A stretch of 46,395 bases of DNA, taken from contig JACRCW010000163.1 of assembly GCA_016218805.1 (NCBI GenBank), positions 1-46,395 of the forward strand, given 5' to 3'. The stretch comes from Deltaproteobacteria bacterium. GTDB taxonomy: Bacteria; Myxococcota; JACRCW01. This document shows, piece by piece, positions 19,589 to 27,458 of the stretch (positions within the stretch are counted from its first letter, which is position 1; every line of letters starts with the position of its first letter). A model generated the notes under the pieces. It ran no database searches and was not told the DNA's origin. It worked only from the letters and a program-made list of their open reading frames with translations. The position numbers and the translations under genes are program-made.

Positions 19589-19600
19589 GGCGGGGCGGGG

Positions 19601-20899
19601 TCACCGTCCGCGCCGCCGGGTCACCCAGGTGGCGACCAAGAGCACAGCCAACGCCTGAGAAGAAACCGACGCGGAGGAGGAGGCGTCGCAGGCGCATGGC
19701 TTTGCGCCGGCGCCGTCTGCGCCGCCACCAGCATCCGGTGCACTGACGGCGCCGTCCTGGCTCATACCCCCACCGTCGACAACGTGGGCAGCGTCAATCG
19801 GTAGTGACGCGTCGGTGGGCTGTGCGGCGTCGGCGGGCTGTGCAGCGTCCATGGCTTGTGCCGCGTCAGTCGGTTGCGCTGCGTCAATCGGATGCGCCGC
19901 ATCGGTTGGCGGCCCCGCATCGACCGACTGCGCCGCATCAGCCGCCACACCAGCGTCCAGCGGCCCCGCATCCGGTAGCGGCGCGGTGGTGAACCAGGTG
20001 GGCCCCTCCGTGCTCGCACCACTGATGGCGTTTTCCACGTGAATCGCCACGCCATGCTCGGTCCCCGGCAGCAGTCCCGTGAGCGCGCCCGTCACCGTTC
20101 GCACACCCACTCCCGTCTCCGCCGCGGCAACCGTTACCCTCCGGTCCGCTTGCCCTTGCACGCTGATGGTGGCGTCAACGCGCGTCGGGGCTCCGCGCGG
20201 GTCCATGTCCACGTGCACAGTGGCCTCCGTCGCCGTGACATCCGTGACCGTGACGTTGTTCAGCCCAGGGGACCGCTGAAAGATGAAATCCAGGCCAATT
20301 GCGTATTCACCCAGGTAGTCGGCTGGGACAACGTCACGGCCGGAAGACCGCCGCGCCCCGGCGGATGTCGCCACCGGTGCCAGGGCCGCAGAGTCCGCGG
20401 AGGAACACATGGGGATGTCCAGGCACCCCGCACTCCCGAACATGGAGATGGTAACCAAATAGGTGGCCGAACCGGTCAGGACGGGCGGGTCCGTGATGGC
20501 GGCCCACGCCACCCCTCCACCTGCAGCGGACATCACCTCGCCTTCTGCCAACAGGGTCATCGTGTCGGTGTTGAACAGGCGCAGCCTTCGCCTCAGGCCG
20601 CCCAGGTCTTCCTCCGCCGGGCACGCCGAAGGAAAAGCTGCCAGGAGTTCATCCATGGTGCGCGGCGTCCCCGCGGCCAGCCCCGGGGGATAGTGGAAAC
20701 CCAATGCCGCCAACCGGAAAGGCTCCATGAGAAGAAACGACCACCCCACAGTGGCCTCAGAGCTACCGTTGGCGAACCACGTGAAACACGTGGTCCCCTG
20801 CACCATGGGCACCCTGACAAACGGGTAGCCTGGAGGGACCTGCGCGTGTGCCAGCGCAGGGAACCAAGCCATTAGAAACGCGAAGCTGAATGCGCGCAA
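19601..20899 (-). CDS. Secreted surface protein: DUF4082-like domain + FN3-like domain + DAA/DAG linker + MYXO-CTERM-like anchor
   Basis: Signal peptide ending ALAHA. DUF4082-like 'TVGWSF...LAALGF...LFNTDTMTLLA...PPVLTGSATYLV'. FN3-like 'VTDVTATEATV...TGLLPGTEH'. Tail 'CAC...ALAVLLVATWVTRRRGR'. Confidence 0.75.
   Translation of the reverse strand: MRAFSFAFLMAWFPALAHAQVPPGYPFVRVPMVQGTTCFTWFANGSSEATVGWSFLLMEPFRLAALGFHYPPGLAAGTPRTMDELLAAFPSACPAEEDLGGLRRRLRLFNTDTMTLLAEGEVMSAAGGGVAWAAITDPPVLTGSATYLVTISMFGSAGCLDIPMCSSADSAALAPVATSAGARRSSGRDVVPADYLGEYAIGLDFIFQRSPGLNNVTVTDVTATEATVHVDMDPRGAPTRVDATISVQGQADRRVTVAAAETGVGVRTVTGALTGLLPGTEHGVAIHVENAISGASTEGPTWFTTAPLPDAGPLDAGVAADAAQSVDAGPPTDAAHPIDAAQPTDAAQAMDAAQPADAAQPTDASLPIDAAHVVDGGGMSQDGAVSAPDAGGGADGAGAKPCACDASSSASVSSQALAVLLVATWVTRRRGR
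19785..19975 (-). repeat. Intragenic degenerate 18-bp tandem repeat encoding DAA(Q/H)Px hexapeptides
   Basis: Translation reads DAAQSV DAGPPT DAAHPI DAAQPT DAAQAM DAAQPA DAAQPT DASLPI DAAHVV. Confidence 0.8.
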
Positions 20900-20932
20900 A
20901 TTCGCTCCCCCAGCGGGTTGTATCCTGGCGTC

Positions 20933-22933
20933 TTAGAACGTGGCCTCAGACCAGACGACCGGCTTCACCGGGATTTCAATCTCAACCCGCATGGACGGGT
21001 CCGCCCTCACAGTCACATTGGACGGCAACGTGATATTGCCTCCCGCAGAGACCAGGTTCCCCTCGACAACCATGTTGGACGCCAACGTAATGTCCCCTTG
21101 ACAAACGATCTGGCCCCGCATCGTTCCGTTGGAACTGATGTCGCACGCATTGGCCTCCGTGCTGCTGCTGACCAACAGGTAGTCACGGGCCCAGGTTGGC
21201 GCCTGAAGTGAGAAGTTGGAGGACACTTCGATCTTCATGGGCGTCACCGCACCAAGGGTCAGCGTGACGCTCGCCGAGCTGAACAACAGGGTCTCGGTTG
21301 GATTTCCGTCAAAGAAGATCACGGCATCCGGCAGGTCCGCGTCCGTCAACTGGTTGTTGCGGAACTCGTGCTTGGTACCCGCATGGGTATGGAACACCTC
21401 ACGCGGCGTAGCCTGCGGCGCAAATCCGTTGCAGAGCGTGCCATACGCATACGTGCCACCTCCCGCAGTGCCGGTGTTGCGCGTGGGAGCCCACTCGTCA
21501 TCTCCGGTGCACTCCTCGTTGACTCCGGAACAGCCATCGCTCTGGACGCCCTTGTCTGCGCCGTTGCCGAAAGGACAGTATCCCGATAGCGATTGGCACC
21601 CGCCGGCATTGTCCGTATCCACGTAGGGGTTGACCGGCGACGTCTTGTTGCTGCTGTCCACCGCGGCATTGCCCTGGTCGTCGTAGTACACGGGAACCCA
21701 GCATCCGCAGTAGTCGTCATTGGTGGTGTAGAAGGTGTCATTGCCCGCCCAGGTGGTGTCCAGACTTGGGACGGCGTCATCTCCGCACGGGCGGGGCGTG
21801 CTGACGCTGCCGCTGGTCGGAAACGCGCCACAATTGAACGTGGAATAGGTACGGTTGAAATCCCAGAAATAGCCAATGGAGTTCTTGCCAAAGAAGAAAT
21901 AGCACTCCTTCGACGCGGTGCGTCTGAAGAAGTTCATGTACTTGGAGTTCCAGGCATTGACGGGAGGAATGACCATGGGCTCGCTCTCCCGGGGGGGCAC
22001 GCTCATGCATGTGGGACACGGCGTCGGCGTGCCACATGCCGTGGCAGTGCCGCCCGTGGTTCCCGCGGCCGTGATGTCCCCGCACTGGCAGCCGTTCAGC
22101 GTCAGATTCCCGTTGGCATGCATGCCGGCTGTGGCGCCGCAGATCGCGTCATTGGCGGCCTGCGTGATGTTTCCGTTCGCGGCAATGCCCGGCGCCAAAC
22201 GCGCCGGTGCCAGGTACAGGCGGTACGAGCGCCGCGCGCGGGCCTGCGCGAAGTCCGTCCCGGGGAAGATGCCCACGACAGTAACGAGCACAATGCGGTC
22301 CCGGTCACGAGCTTGGTTGTCGCGCAAAGCGTTGATTTCTTCCGAGGCGGCCTCCGGACAGGTCAGGCCTGCGGTCCCCGGGAGAGCCAGGTAGGAACTC
22401 TCCCGGTTGTTGGTGGACCTTGGAAAGTAGTTGTTCCGCTGAGCAAGGGTGCCCGGCGAACTCGCAATGTCGGCGTTCCATCCTTCGTGGCCGTCATCCG
22501 AATTATCGTCAATTCGGACATAGAAGGCACCGCCGCCGAACACGACCTTGTGGAACGGCAGGTTGCTGTTGATATCCGTTGACGAGGTGCCACCGAACGG
22601 CGGGAGGTGGTCATCTGACGTGGTGCCGCCATAGGTCACGACCGCGCCGCCCGGATATCCGGTCCCATAGCTACACGTGGTGTTGAGACCCGGGTCCAGC
22701 GCCAGGTCAAAGTCCGCTTCCGTCTGAGCCATCTCGGACAGCCACGCTCGGGTACGGTTCAAACCTGCCTCAGCGATGTAGTCCGCATTGATCTGGGATG
22801 CCTCGTATGCGCTGGCCACGGCGTCATACATTGCCAGATCTTGGACCATTGCAACGCCAATCCCAACGAGGACGAGCAACGCAGAAGCGATCAGAAGCGA
22901 AAAGCCGCGGTTGGACCTGGGGTGCTTCTTCAC
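20933..22933 (-). CDS. Very large PilX/GspK-like minor pilin with Cys-rich and beta-solenoid-like extension
   Basis: Class III leader NRG|FSLLI without Glu5, which is typical of PilX/GspK, and the 'ADYIAEAGL' helix motif. 20 Cys counted. Repeated 'ANGNIT/ANGNLT/QGDIT/GGNIT' units. Confidence 0.82.
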   Translation of the reverse strand: MKKHPRSNRGFSLLIASALLVLVGIGVAMVQDLAMYDAVASAYEASQINADYIAEAGLNRTRAWLSEMAQTEADFDLALDPGLNTTCSYGTGYPGGAVVTYGGTTSDDHLPPFGGTSSTDINSNLPFHKVVFGGGAFYVRIDDNSDDGHEGWNADIASSPGTLAQRNNYFPRSTNNRESSYLALPGTAGLTCPEAASEEINALRDNQARDRDRIVLVTVVGIFPGTDFAQARARRSYRLYLAPARLAPGIAANGNITQAANDAICGATAGMHANGNLTLNGCQCGDITAAGTTGGTATACGTPTPCPTCMSVPPRESEPMVIPPVNAWNSKYMNFFRRTASKECYFFFGKNSIGYFWDFNRTYSTFNCGAFPTSGSVSTPRPCGDDAVPSLDTTWAGNDTFYTTNDDYCGCWVPVYYDDQGNAAVDSSNKTSPVNPYVDTDNAGGCQSLSGYCPFGNGADKGVQSDGCSGVNEECTGDDEWAPTRNTGTAGGGTYAYGTLCNGFAPQATPREVFHTHAGTKHEFRNNQLTDADLPDAVIFFDGNPTETLLFSSASVTLTLGAVTPMKIEVSSNFSLQAPTWARDYLLVSSSTEANACDISSNGTMRGQIVCQGDITLASNMVVEGNLVSAGGNITLPSNVTVRADPSMRVEIEIPVKPVVWSEATF

Positions 22934-24354
22934 AGGTACCTCCGTGCGCGGAGTTGGATGGACGTGTTGAGTTTCACTTTGATCGTTCCATGAGCGGACG
23001 TGGTCCGCTGCAGCGTGATCCCCACGCCCACACGGGTGATGGCATCCAATCCGGTTGCGCCGGCATACGTCTTCCCGGGTGGAGTGCTGATCTCCGTGTT
23101 ATCCGAGTCGTAGTACTTCAGATCGAAGCCGACGACGTTTTCAGCCAGATTCTGCCACCCGGTACCCCCCTCCATGTCGGAGGTATCGCCGGTGCGCCCA
23201 GCGGCAAGCCCGCATACGGCTGCATTGGTCGCCGTGGAACCCTCAATTGTGGTGGCGGTGCTGCCACCCTGCCACCAAGTGTCGTTCTGAGCAAACGGCC
23301 CCCAGCACATCAGGTATTCCAAGCGTTTGTTGGTGGTGTTGTGGCGGAAGAACACGCGCTCCGGAGTGGAAAGCCAGCCGCGATTGATGGGATACACCAT
23401 GCTGCCTTTGCCGACACCATCGGTCGTCCAGCCCAGGTTCAACGACGCGTACGGCACCCACTCGTCACTGGTACTGCCCCCGCCCCACGCCTCAAAGAAC
23501 ATGGAGATCCCCGGATACTCCCCGTTGGCGGCGGTATCATCACAGTGCGTGTGGAGGAACGGACTCCCGGCGCCGGTCCATGGTGGAGCCCCGCCGGGAA
23601 ACGCGGAGGTTTCCAACTGCCGGTTGATGTACAGCGAGTTGGGAAACACAATGAGGAAGTACTCACCCTTGCGGTACTTCTTGAGCGACCATGGACACGT
23701 GGGACAGTCCACGCCGTTGCCGGCCGAGCAGGTTCCGGAGCCGTCTGCGGTGGCCGAACAGGAAGCGACTCCGTAGTTGGGCAGCACCAAGCTGGATTGC
23801 CGCGTGTCACATCCCGACCCGGCGAGGCATCCGCCACTCAACTCGTTGATCACAGTCGTATGGTTTGTGTAGTCATTGTTATCATCCAATTGACCGGAAA
23901 GCGCGTCCGGACAGTGGTTGCCGGCACTGTTGTAACGCTGGTAGCCCTCTGCATGGGCGGGTGTGGACAGCCCATTGAAGTTGCTGTCCGGCCGCACGAA
24001 GTCACCGACGACTCCAAAGCTGTGCGCGTTGGCGACGATGACGGGACCGTGGATCTTGTTGGCAGATCCTAGAAGGAACCCGCTATTGGCCGGTTGCTGG
24101 GGGTCCACGTTGTAGGAATCCTTGTGTGGCATCCCGGTCCCAGCCATCCGCAAATAGCTGGTCACGTACGCCATCACCGCGCGGCCATTGCGGGTCATTT
24201 CCGTGCTCTGCCGTCCCCGGACCATCTGACGGCGGACAAAGGCGTAGACGTCCATGACGCCCGCCGCGATCATCAGCGACACGCTGAGTCCCACCACCAG
24301 CTCGATCAACGTGAAGCCGCGCATGCCGCGCCGGCGGTGCTGTCGGGTCATCAT
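22930..24354 (-). CDS. Large PilW/GspJ-like minor pilin
   Basis: The likely start, MMTRQHRRRGMRG|FTLIELVV, overlaps the pilV stop (ATGA). Has 'LRMAG', a C-terminal 'LAENVVGFDLKYYD...VGVGITL...TSIQLR' and 10 Cys. Confidence 0.87.
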   Translation of the reverse strand: MMTRQHRRRGMRGFTLIELVVGLSVSLMIAAGVMDVYAFVRRQMVRGRQSTEMTRNGRAVMAYVTSYLRMAGTGMPHKDSYNVDPQQPANSGFLLGSANKIHGPVIVANAHSFGVVGDFVRPDSNFNGLSTPAHAEGYQRYNSAGNHCPDALSGQLDDNNDYTNHTTVINELSGGCLAGSGCDTRQSSLVLPNYGVASCSATADGSGTCSAGNGVDCPTCPWSLKKYRKGEYFLIVFPNSLYINRQLETSAFPGGAPPWTGAGSPFLHTHCDDTAANGEYPGISMFFEAWGGGSTSDEWVPYASLNLGWTTDGVGKGSMVYPINRGWLSTPERVFFRHNTTNKRLEYLMCWGPFAQNDTWWQGGSTATTIEGSTATNAAVCGLAAGRTGDTSDMEGGTGWQNLAENVVGFDLKYYDSDNTEISTPPGKTYAGATGLDAITRVGVGITLQRTTSAHGTIKVKLNTSIQLRARRYL

Positions 24355-24719
24355 GGGGACCTCAAGGTGGTCAGCTTGACCTGGCCACCGGGGTAGTTGA
24401 CCGCCACTTCCACCTGCTTGACGGAGTAGGCGATGCTGAGGTCGGTGAAGTTCTGCGCCGTAACGGTGACCACGGTGAAATACCCAGGCGAACCCGGCAC
24501 GGCCGTGCTGCTTTCGTTGGTCAACGAGGCATAGGCCACGTTGTGCAGCGCTTCCATCTTGTCCTGGGCGGCATACATGGCAGCCATACGATTGACGGCG
24601 CCTTGTTGCTGTTGCTTGGCCTGGGTCAAGCCGAATACCAAGCTCGCCAACACGGCCGCCAGGACGGCACCCGCCACCGCAGCCTCGATGAGGAGAAAGC
24701 CCCGTTTTTTTCTGTCCAT
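24351..24719 (-). CDS. PilV/GspI-like minor pilin
   Basis: Prepilin motif KKRG|FLLIEAAVAGAVL, 'AMYAAQDKMEAL', and C-terminal strands 'KQVEVAVNY'. Confidence 0.87.
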   Translation of the reverse strand: MDRKKRGFLLIEAAVAGAVLAAVLASLVFGLTQAKQQQQGAVNRMAAMYAAQDKMEALHNVAYASLTNESSTAVPGSPGYFTVVTVTAQNFTDLSIAYSVKQVEVAVNYPGGQVKLTTLRSP

Positions 24720-24727
24720 GTTTCACC

Positions 24728-25351
24728 TCAACAGACGGGTGACGCCACGCCAATGGTCCCAGTGCAAACCTGACCAAACGTGGACACCCGAACAACAAGG
24801 TAGCGACCGGTCCCGTTGTGAATGATCTTCACGTCAAAGCCATCATCCGCCAGATCATCATTCATGTTGCCGCGAAGGATGCCTGACGGCCGCCACACGA
24901 TGGGAACGTTGTTGGCCGTGGGCGGTAGCAGGCGGACCGTGTAGCCGGCCGGGACGAAGAAGTTCCTCTGCACAGTGGCGGAGTAGTTGGACACGCTTGA
25001 TGCCATTGTGGTGGAGCTACCCACGTTGCTGGCTGACTCGCAATCCCCGTTCCCAAGCTGTAACAGGCGCAGTTGGTCAAGGTCATTTGCAGTGGCATCG
25101 GTGAACGTACCGCTGTCCGCGGGCTTGGCAGTGCCCGCCTTGTAGCCTTGAACGCGCAGGCAGCGTTTGAGGCCCAGGGCAAGCGTTCGGGTCTGCTGCA
25201 GCCATGCTGCCAGCTTGTTGCCCTCCGCTTCCATCTGCTCGTTGCCGATAGGCTTGGAAATGTTGGGCGCGACAACGCTGGCCAGAATCCCGAGGACGGC
25301 CAGGACCACAACCAGTTCCAACAAGGTGAAACCCCGTTTCCTAGTGCGCAT
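24728..25351 (-). CDS. FimU/FimT/GspH-like minor pilin
   Basis: Start MRTRKRG|FTLLELVVVLAVLGIL after a GAAGGAG RBS. Has 'LQQTRTLAL', 'IVWRPSG' and 'VRVSTFGQV'. Confidence 0.88.
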   Translation of the reverse strand: MRTRKRGFTLLELVVVLAVLGILASVVAPNISKPIGNEQMEAEGNKLAAWLQQTRTLALGLKRCLRVQGYKAGTAKPADSGTFTDATANDLDQLRLLQLGNGDCESASNVGSSTTMASSVSNYSATVQRNFFVPAGYTVRLLPPTANNVPIVWRPSGILRGNMNDDLADDGFDVKIIHNGTGRYLVVRVSTFGQVCTGTIGVASPVC

Positions 25352-25889
25352 GCTGCGCTCCTTCTCCTGGGTCCATGGCGATCTGATTCCTGGAGGCCTC
25401 GGCGGCGCCGGACGCTTCGGCCGCCTGCCGCCGCTCTGAGGCCAACCTCGCCGACTCACGGGCAGCATTGACAGTGTCCTCCACGCTTTTGCGCAGTTCT
25501 CCCAGCTCGCGCTCCCGGTCCTCCAGAGAGGCCGGCGTGATGGTTGTTGAAGGCTTGGCGATGAGTTCAGTGGCCCGCGCCAAAGCCTGGCGACCGCTCT
25601 CGATGTGCCGCTTGCCTGCAGCAACAGCCTCAAGACCGCTACTACGCGCGTCCAGACATGGGGCGAAGCCCTGACAGGCCTGCTCGGCGGTCGCCAAGGC
25701 GTCAGCCGCGGCGGAAAGCGCCCGCTCCTCGTTGGCCAGCGTGTCGCCCAGGTTCTCCACCCAGGCTCCGTGCCGCCTCGCAAATGCGTTGAACGTGTCT
25801 TCCGGAACGCCGCGGCATGCGGCTCCGCCCAGCGCGGCGGCAACCACCAGCGCCGAAGTTGCACCCCGCAGGCGCATTTCAAGTCTCAT
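25341..25889 (-). CDS. Putative coiled-coil lipoprotein heading the minor-pilin operon
   Basis: ATG after GGAGG, signal 'ALVVAAALGGAAC' (lipobox-like), and an Ala/Glu/Arg-rich helical body. Its 3' end overlaps the fimU-like start by 11 nt. Confidence 0.68.
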   Translation of the reverse strand: MRLEMRLRGATSALVVAAALGGAACRGVPEDTFNAFARRHGAWVENLGDTLANEERALSAAADALATAEQACQGFAPCLDARSSGLEAVAAGKRHIESGRQALARATELIAKPSTTITPASLEDRERELGELRKSVEDTVNAARESARLASERRQAAEASGAAEASRNQIAMDPGEGAQHAH

Positions 25890-26215
25890 GCGCCACCTCC
25901 AAGACGCGTTGCCGGAGCCGCAACGCAGGTCCAAGACTCCAAATGAGGTACTGGTGGACCGTGGGCACGACCAGCCGACCGCTGTCCATCCATGTGGCGC
26001 CTCCACGCAGTCCGGGAGTTGAGTCAACGCTTTCAGGGGCCATTACGCGGCAGGTCGGCATCCGTCACACCTTCATCCGCTTCAGATCTGCCCGGGCTGG
26101 CGGAGGCAGCACGGCCGCATTGGGTCAGGCGTAGGGCTTGGCTCATGTGGGGACGTGTGGCACAAGTTCGGGAGCAGGGAGCTGGCGTGACGGCCGCGGT
26201 GCGTGGCGCGTACAG

Positions 26216-26818
26216 GTGGATCGGGTGGACAAGGACGCGGCCACACCCGAGTCGCTGGAACAGGCGCTCATCGCCCGCGCCAGCCGTGGAGAAGCGGAGG
26301 CCTTTGGAGTGCTTGTTGCCCGGTATGAAGCGCGCCTGTTCAACTTCATGGTCCGCTACACGGGCGACCGCGACGCGGCCCGCGACCTCTGCCAGGAGGC
26401 GTTCCTGAAGTCCTTCCGCGCGCTCCCCGGCTTCCGCGTTGGTGCGCCGTTCAAGCCTTGGCTGTACCGCGTGGCGATCAACACGGCGAACAGTTGGCTG
26501 CGCCGCGGTGCACGCCGCGAGGTGGGCGTTGACGCGCTGCCTGACGCCGGCTCGCCCTTGCGGTCGTCGACCGCGCAGCAGCCGCCGCCGACCGACACGC
26601 ACCTGGAGCGCAACCAGCGCTCGGACGCGGTGGCCGCCGCGCTGGCGCGCCTGCCAGCGGACCAGCGCGAGGCGGTGGTGCTCCGGTTCGTGGAGGACTT
26701 CTCCTACGAAGAGATGGCGGTGGTCCTGGGCACGCGCGTGCCGGCAGTCAAGATGCGCGTGCACCGGGGGCTCGCCCGGCTTCGTGAGCTGCTTCAGGGA
26801 CACGGAGGACCGCCATGA
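26216..26818 (+). CDS. ECF-type RNA polymerase sigma factor
   Basis: Region 2 'AFGVLVARYE...DLCQEAFLK...FKPWLYRVAIN' and region 4 'LPADQREAVVLR...SYEEMA...VKMRVHRG'. Start is GTG 26216 or 26225. Confidence 0.93.
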   Translation: MDRVDKDAATPESLEQALIARASRGEAEAFGVLVARYEARLFNFMVRYTGDRDAARDLCQEAFLKSFRALPGFRVGAPFKPWLYRVAINTANSWLRRGARREVGVDALPDAGSPLRSSTAQQPPPTDTHLERNQRSDAVAAALARLPADQREAVVLRFVEDFSYEEMAVVLGTRVPAVKMRVHRGLARLRELLQGHGGPP

Positions 26819-27042
26819 CGCATGAGCCCGACGACGATGACCCCGCGCTGCGCGCGGCGGCGGAGTTGTTGCGCACGCTGCCGGCGGAGCCGCCGCCCGC
26901 CAGCGTGGCCGATGAGGTGGTGGCGCGCGCGCGCCCGGTGGGACGACGACGGCGCGCGGTGATGATCATTCTCATGGTGGTGGCGGCAGCAGCGGCGGTG
27001 GTGTGGATGTTCATGGCGCTACGGGCGGTGGAGGGCGCATGA
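26815..27042 (+). CDS. Small single-TM protein, probable anti-sigma factor
   Basis: ATGA-coupled to the sigma gene. 'LRTLPAEPPPASVADEVV' resembles an anti-sigma helix and is followed by RRRR and a TM segment. Confidence 0.65.
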   Translation: MTHEPDDDDPALRAAAELLRTLPAEPPPASVADEVVARARPVGRRRRAVMIILMVVAAAAAVVWMFMALRAVEGA

Positions 27043-27458
27043 GCGGCCGGCGCGGCTACACGATGACCGAACTGATGGTGGCCACCACGATTTCGGTGGT
27101 GGCGTGCCTGGGGGGGCTGAGCGCGGTCCGCATTGGCAGCGGCGCCACCGCGCGCGCGGAGCTGGCGCGCGCATCCGGCGACGCGATCCGGCGCCTGGAG
27201 GACGCCAGGGCGCTCGCGCCGCTGCGGCGGTGCGACCTTGGGCGGCTGTTGGGGCCCGGGGGCAGCCCCGCCAGCTGCGCGGAGGTGTTTGAGCGCGCGG
27301 GGCGGCAGCCATTCACCCAAGCCGGGGAGCTACCTGGGAAGGTAGGCTGGCAACTCACTTACGCGCTGGACGCCACTGTGCCGGCGCTGTTGCGCGTGGA
27401 CGCCCGCTTCCATTCAACGGCCGGGGAGGTGCGCCATGCGCTGCTTGTCCACCGGTGA
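27039..27458 (+). CDS. Small prepilin-type protein (PilV/GspI-like)
   Basis: Class III leader MSGRRG|YTMTELMVATTI with Glu5. ATGA overlap with the upstream gene. Confidence 0.75.
   Translation: MSGRRGYTMTELMVATTISVVACLGGLSAVRIGSGATARAELARASGDAIRRLEDARALAPLRRCDLGRLLGPGGSPASCAEVFERAGRQPFTQAGELPGKVGWQLTYALDATVPALLRVDARFHSTAGEVRHALLVHR

Noticed and set aside
24355..25882. Extended N-termini of the PilW-like (to 24798) and FimU-like (to 25882) ORFs in the track
   Set aside because: They overlap better-supported genes. Prepilin leaders, RBS and start/stop overlaps place the starts at 24354 and 25351.
26158..26172. Sigma54 promoter upstream of the ECF gene (TGGCAC...)
   Set aside because: The -24 element is good, but the -12 position reads GG instead of GC, which is too weak to call.
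25890..26215. c-di-GMP/cGAMP (GEMM) riboswitch ahead of the pilin operon
   Set aside because: No GEMM-like core was recognisable by eye on either strand. An Rfam covariance search would settle it.
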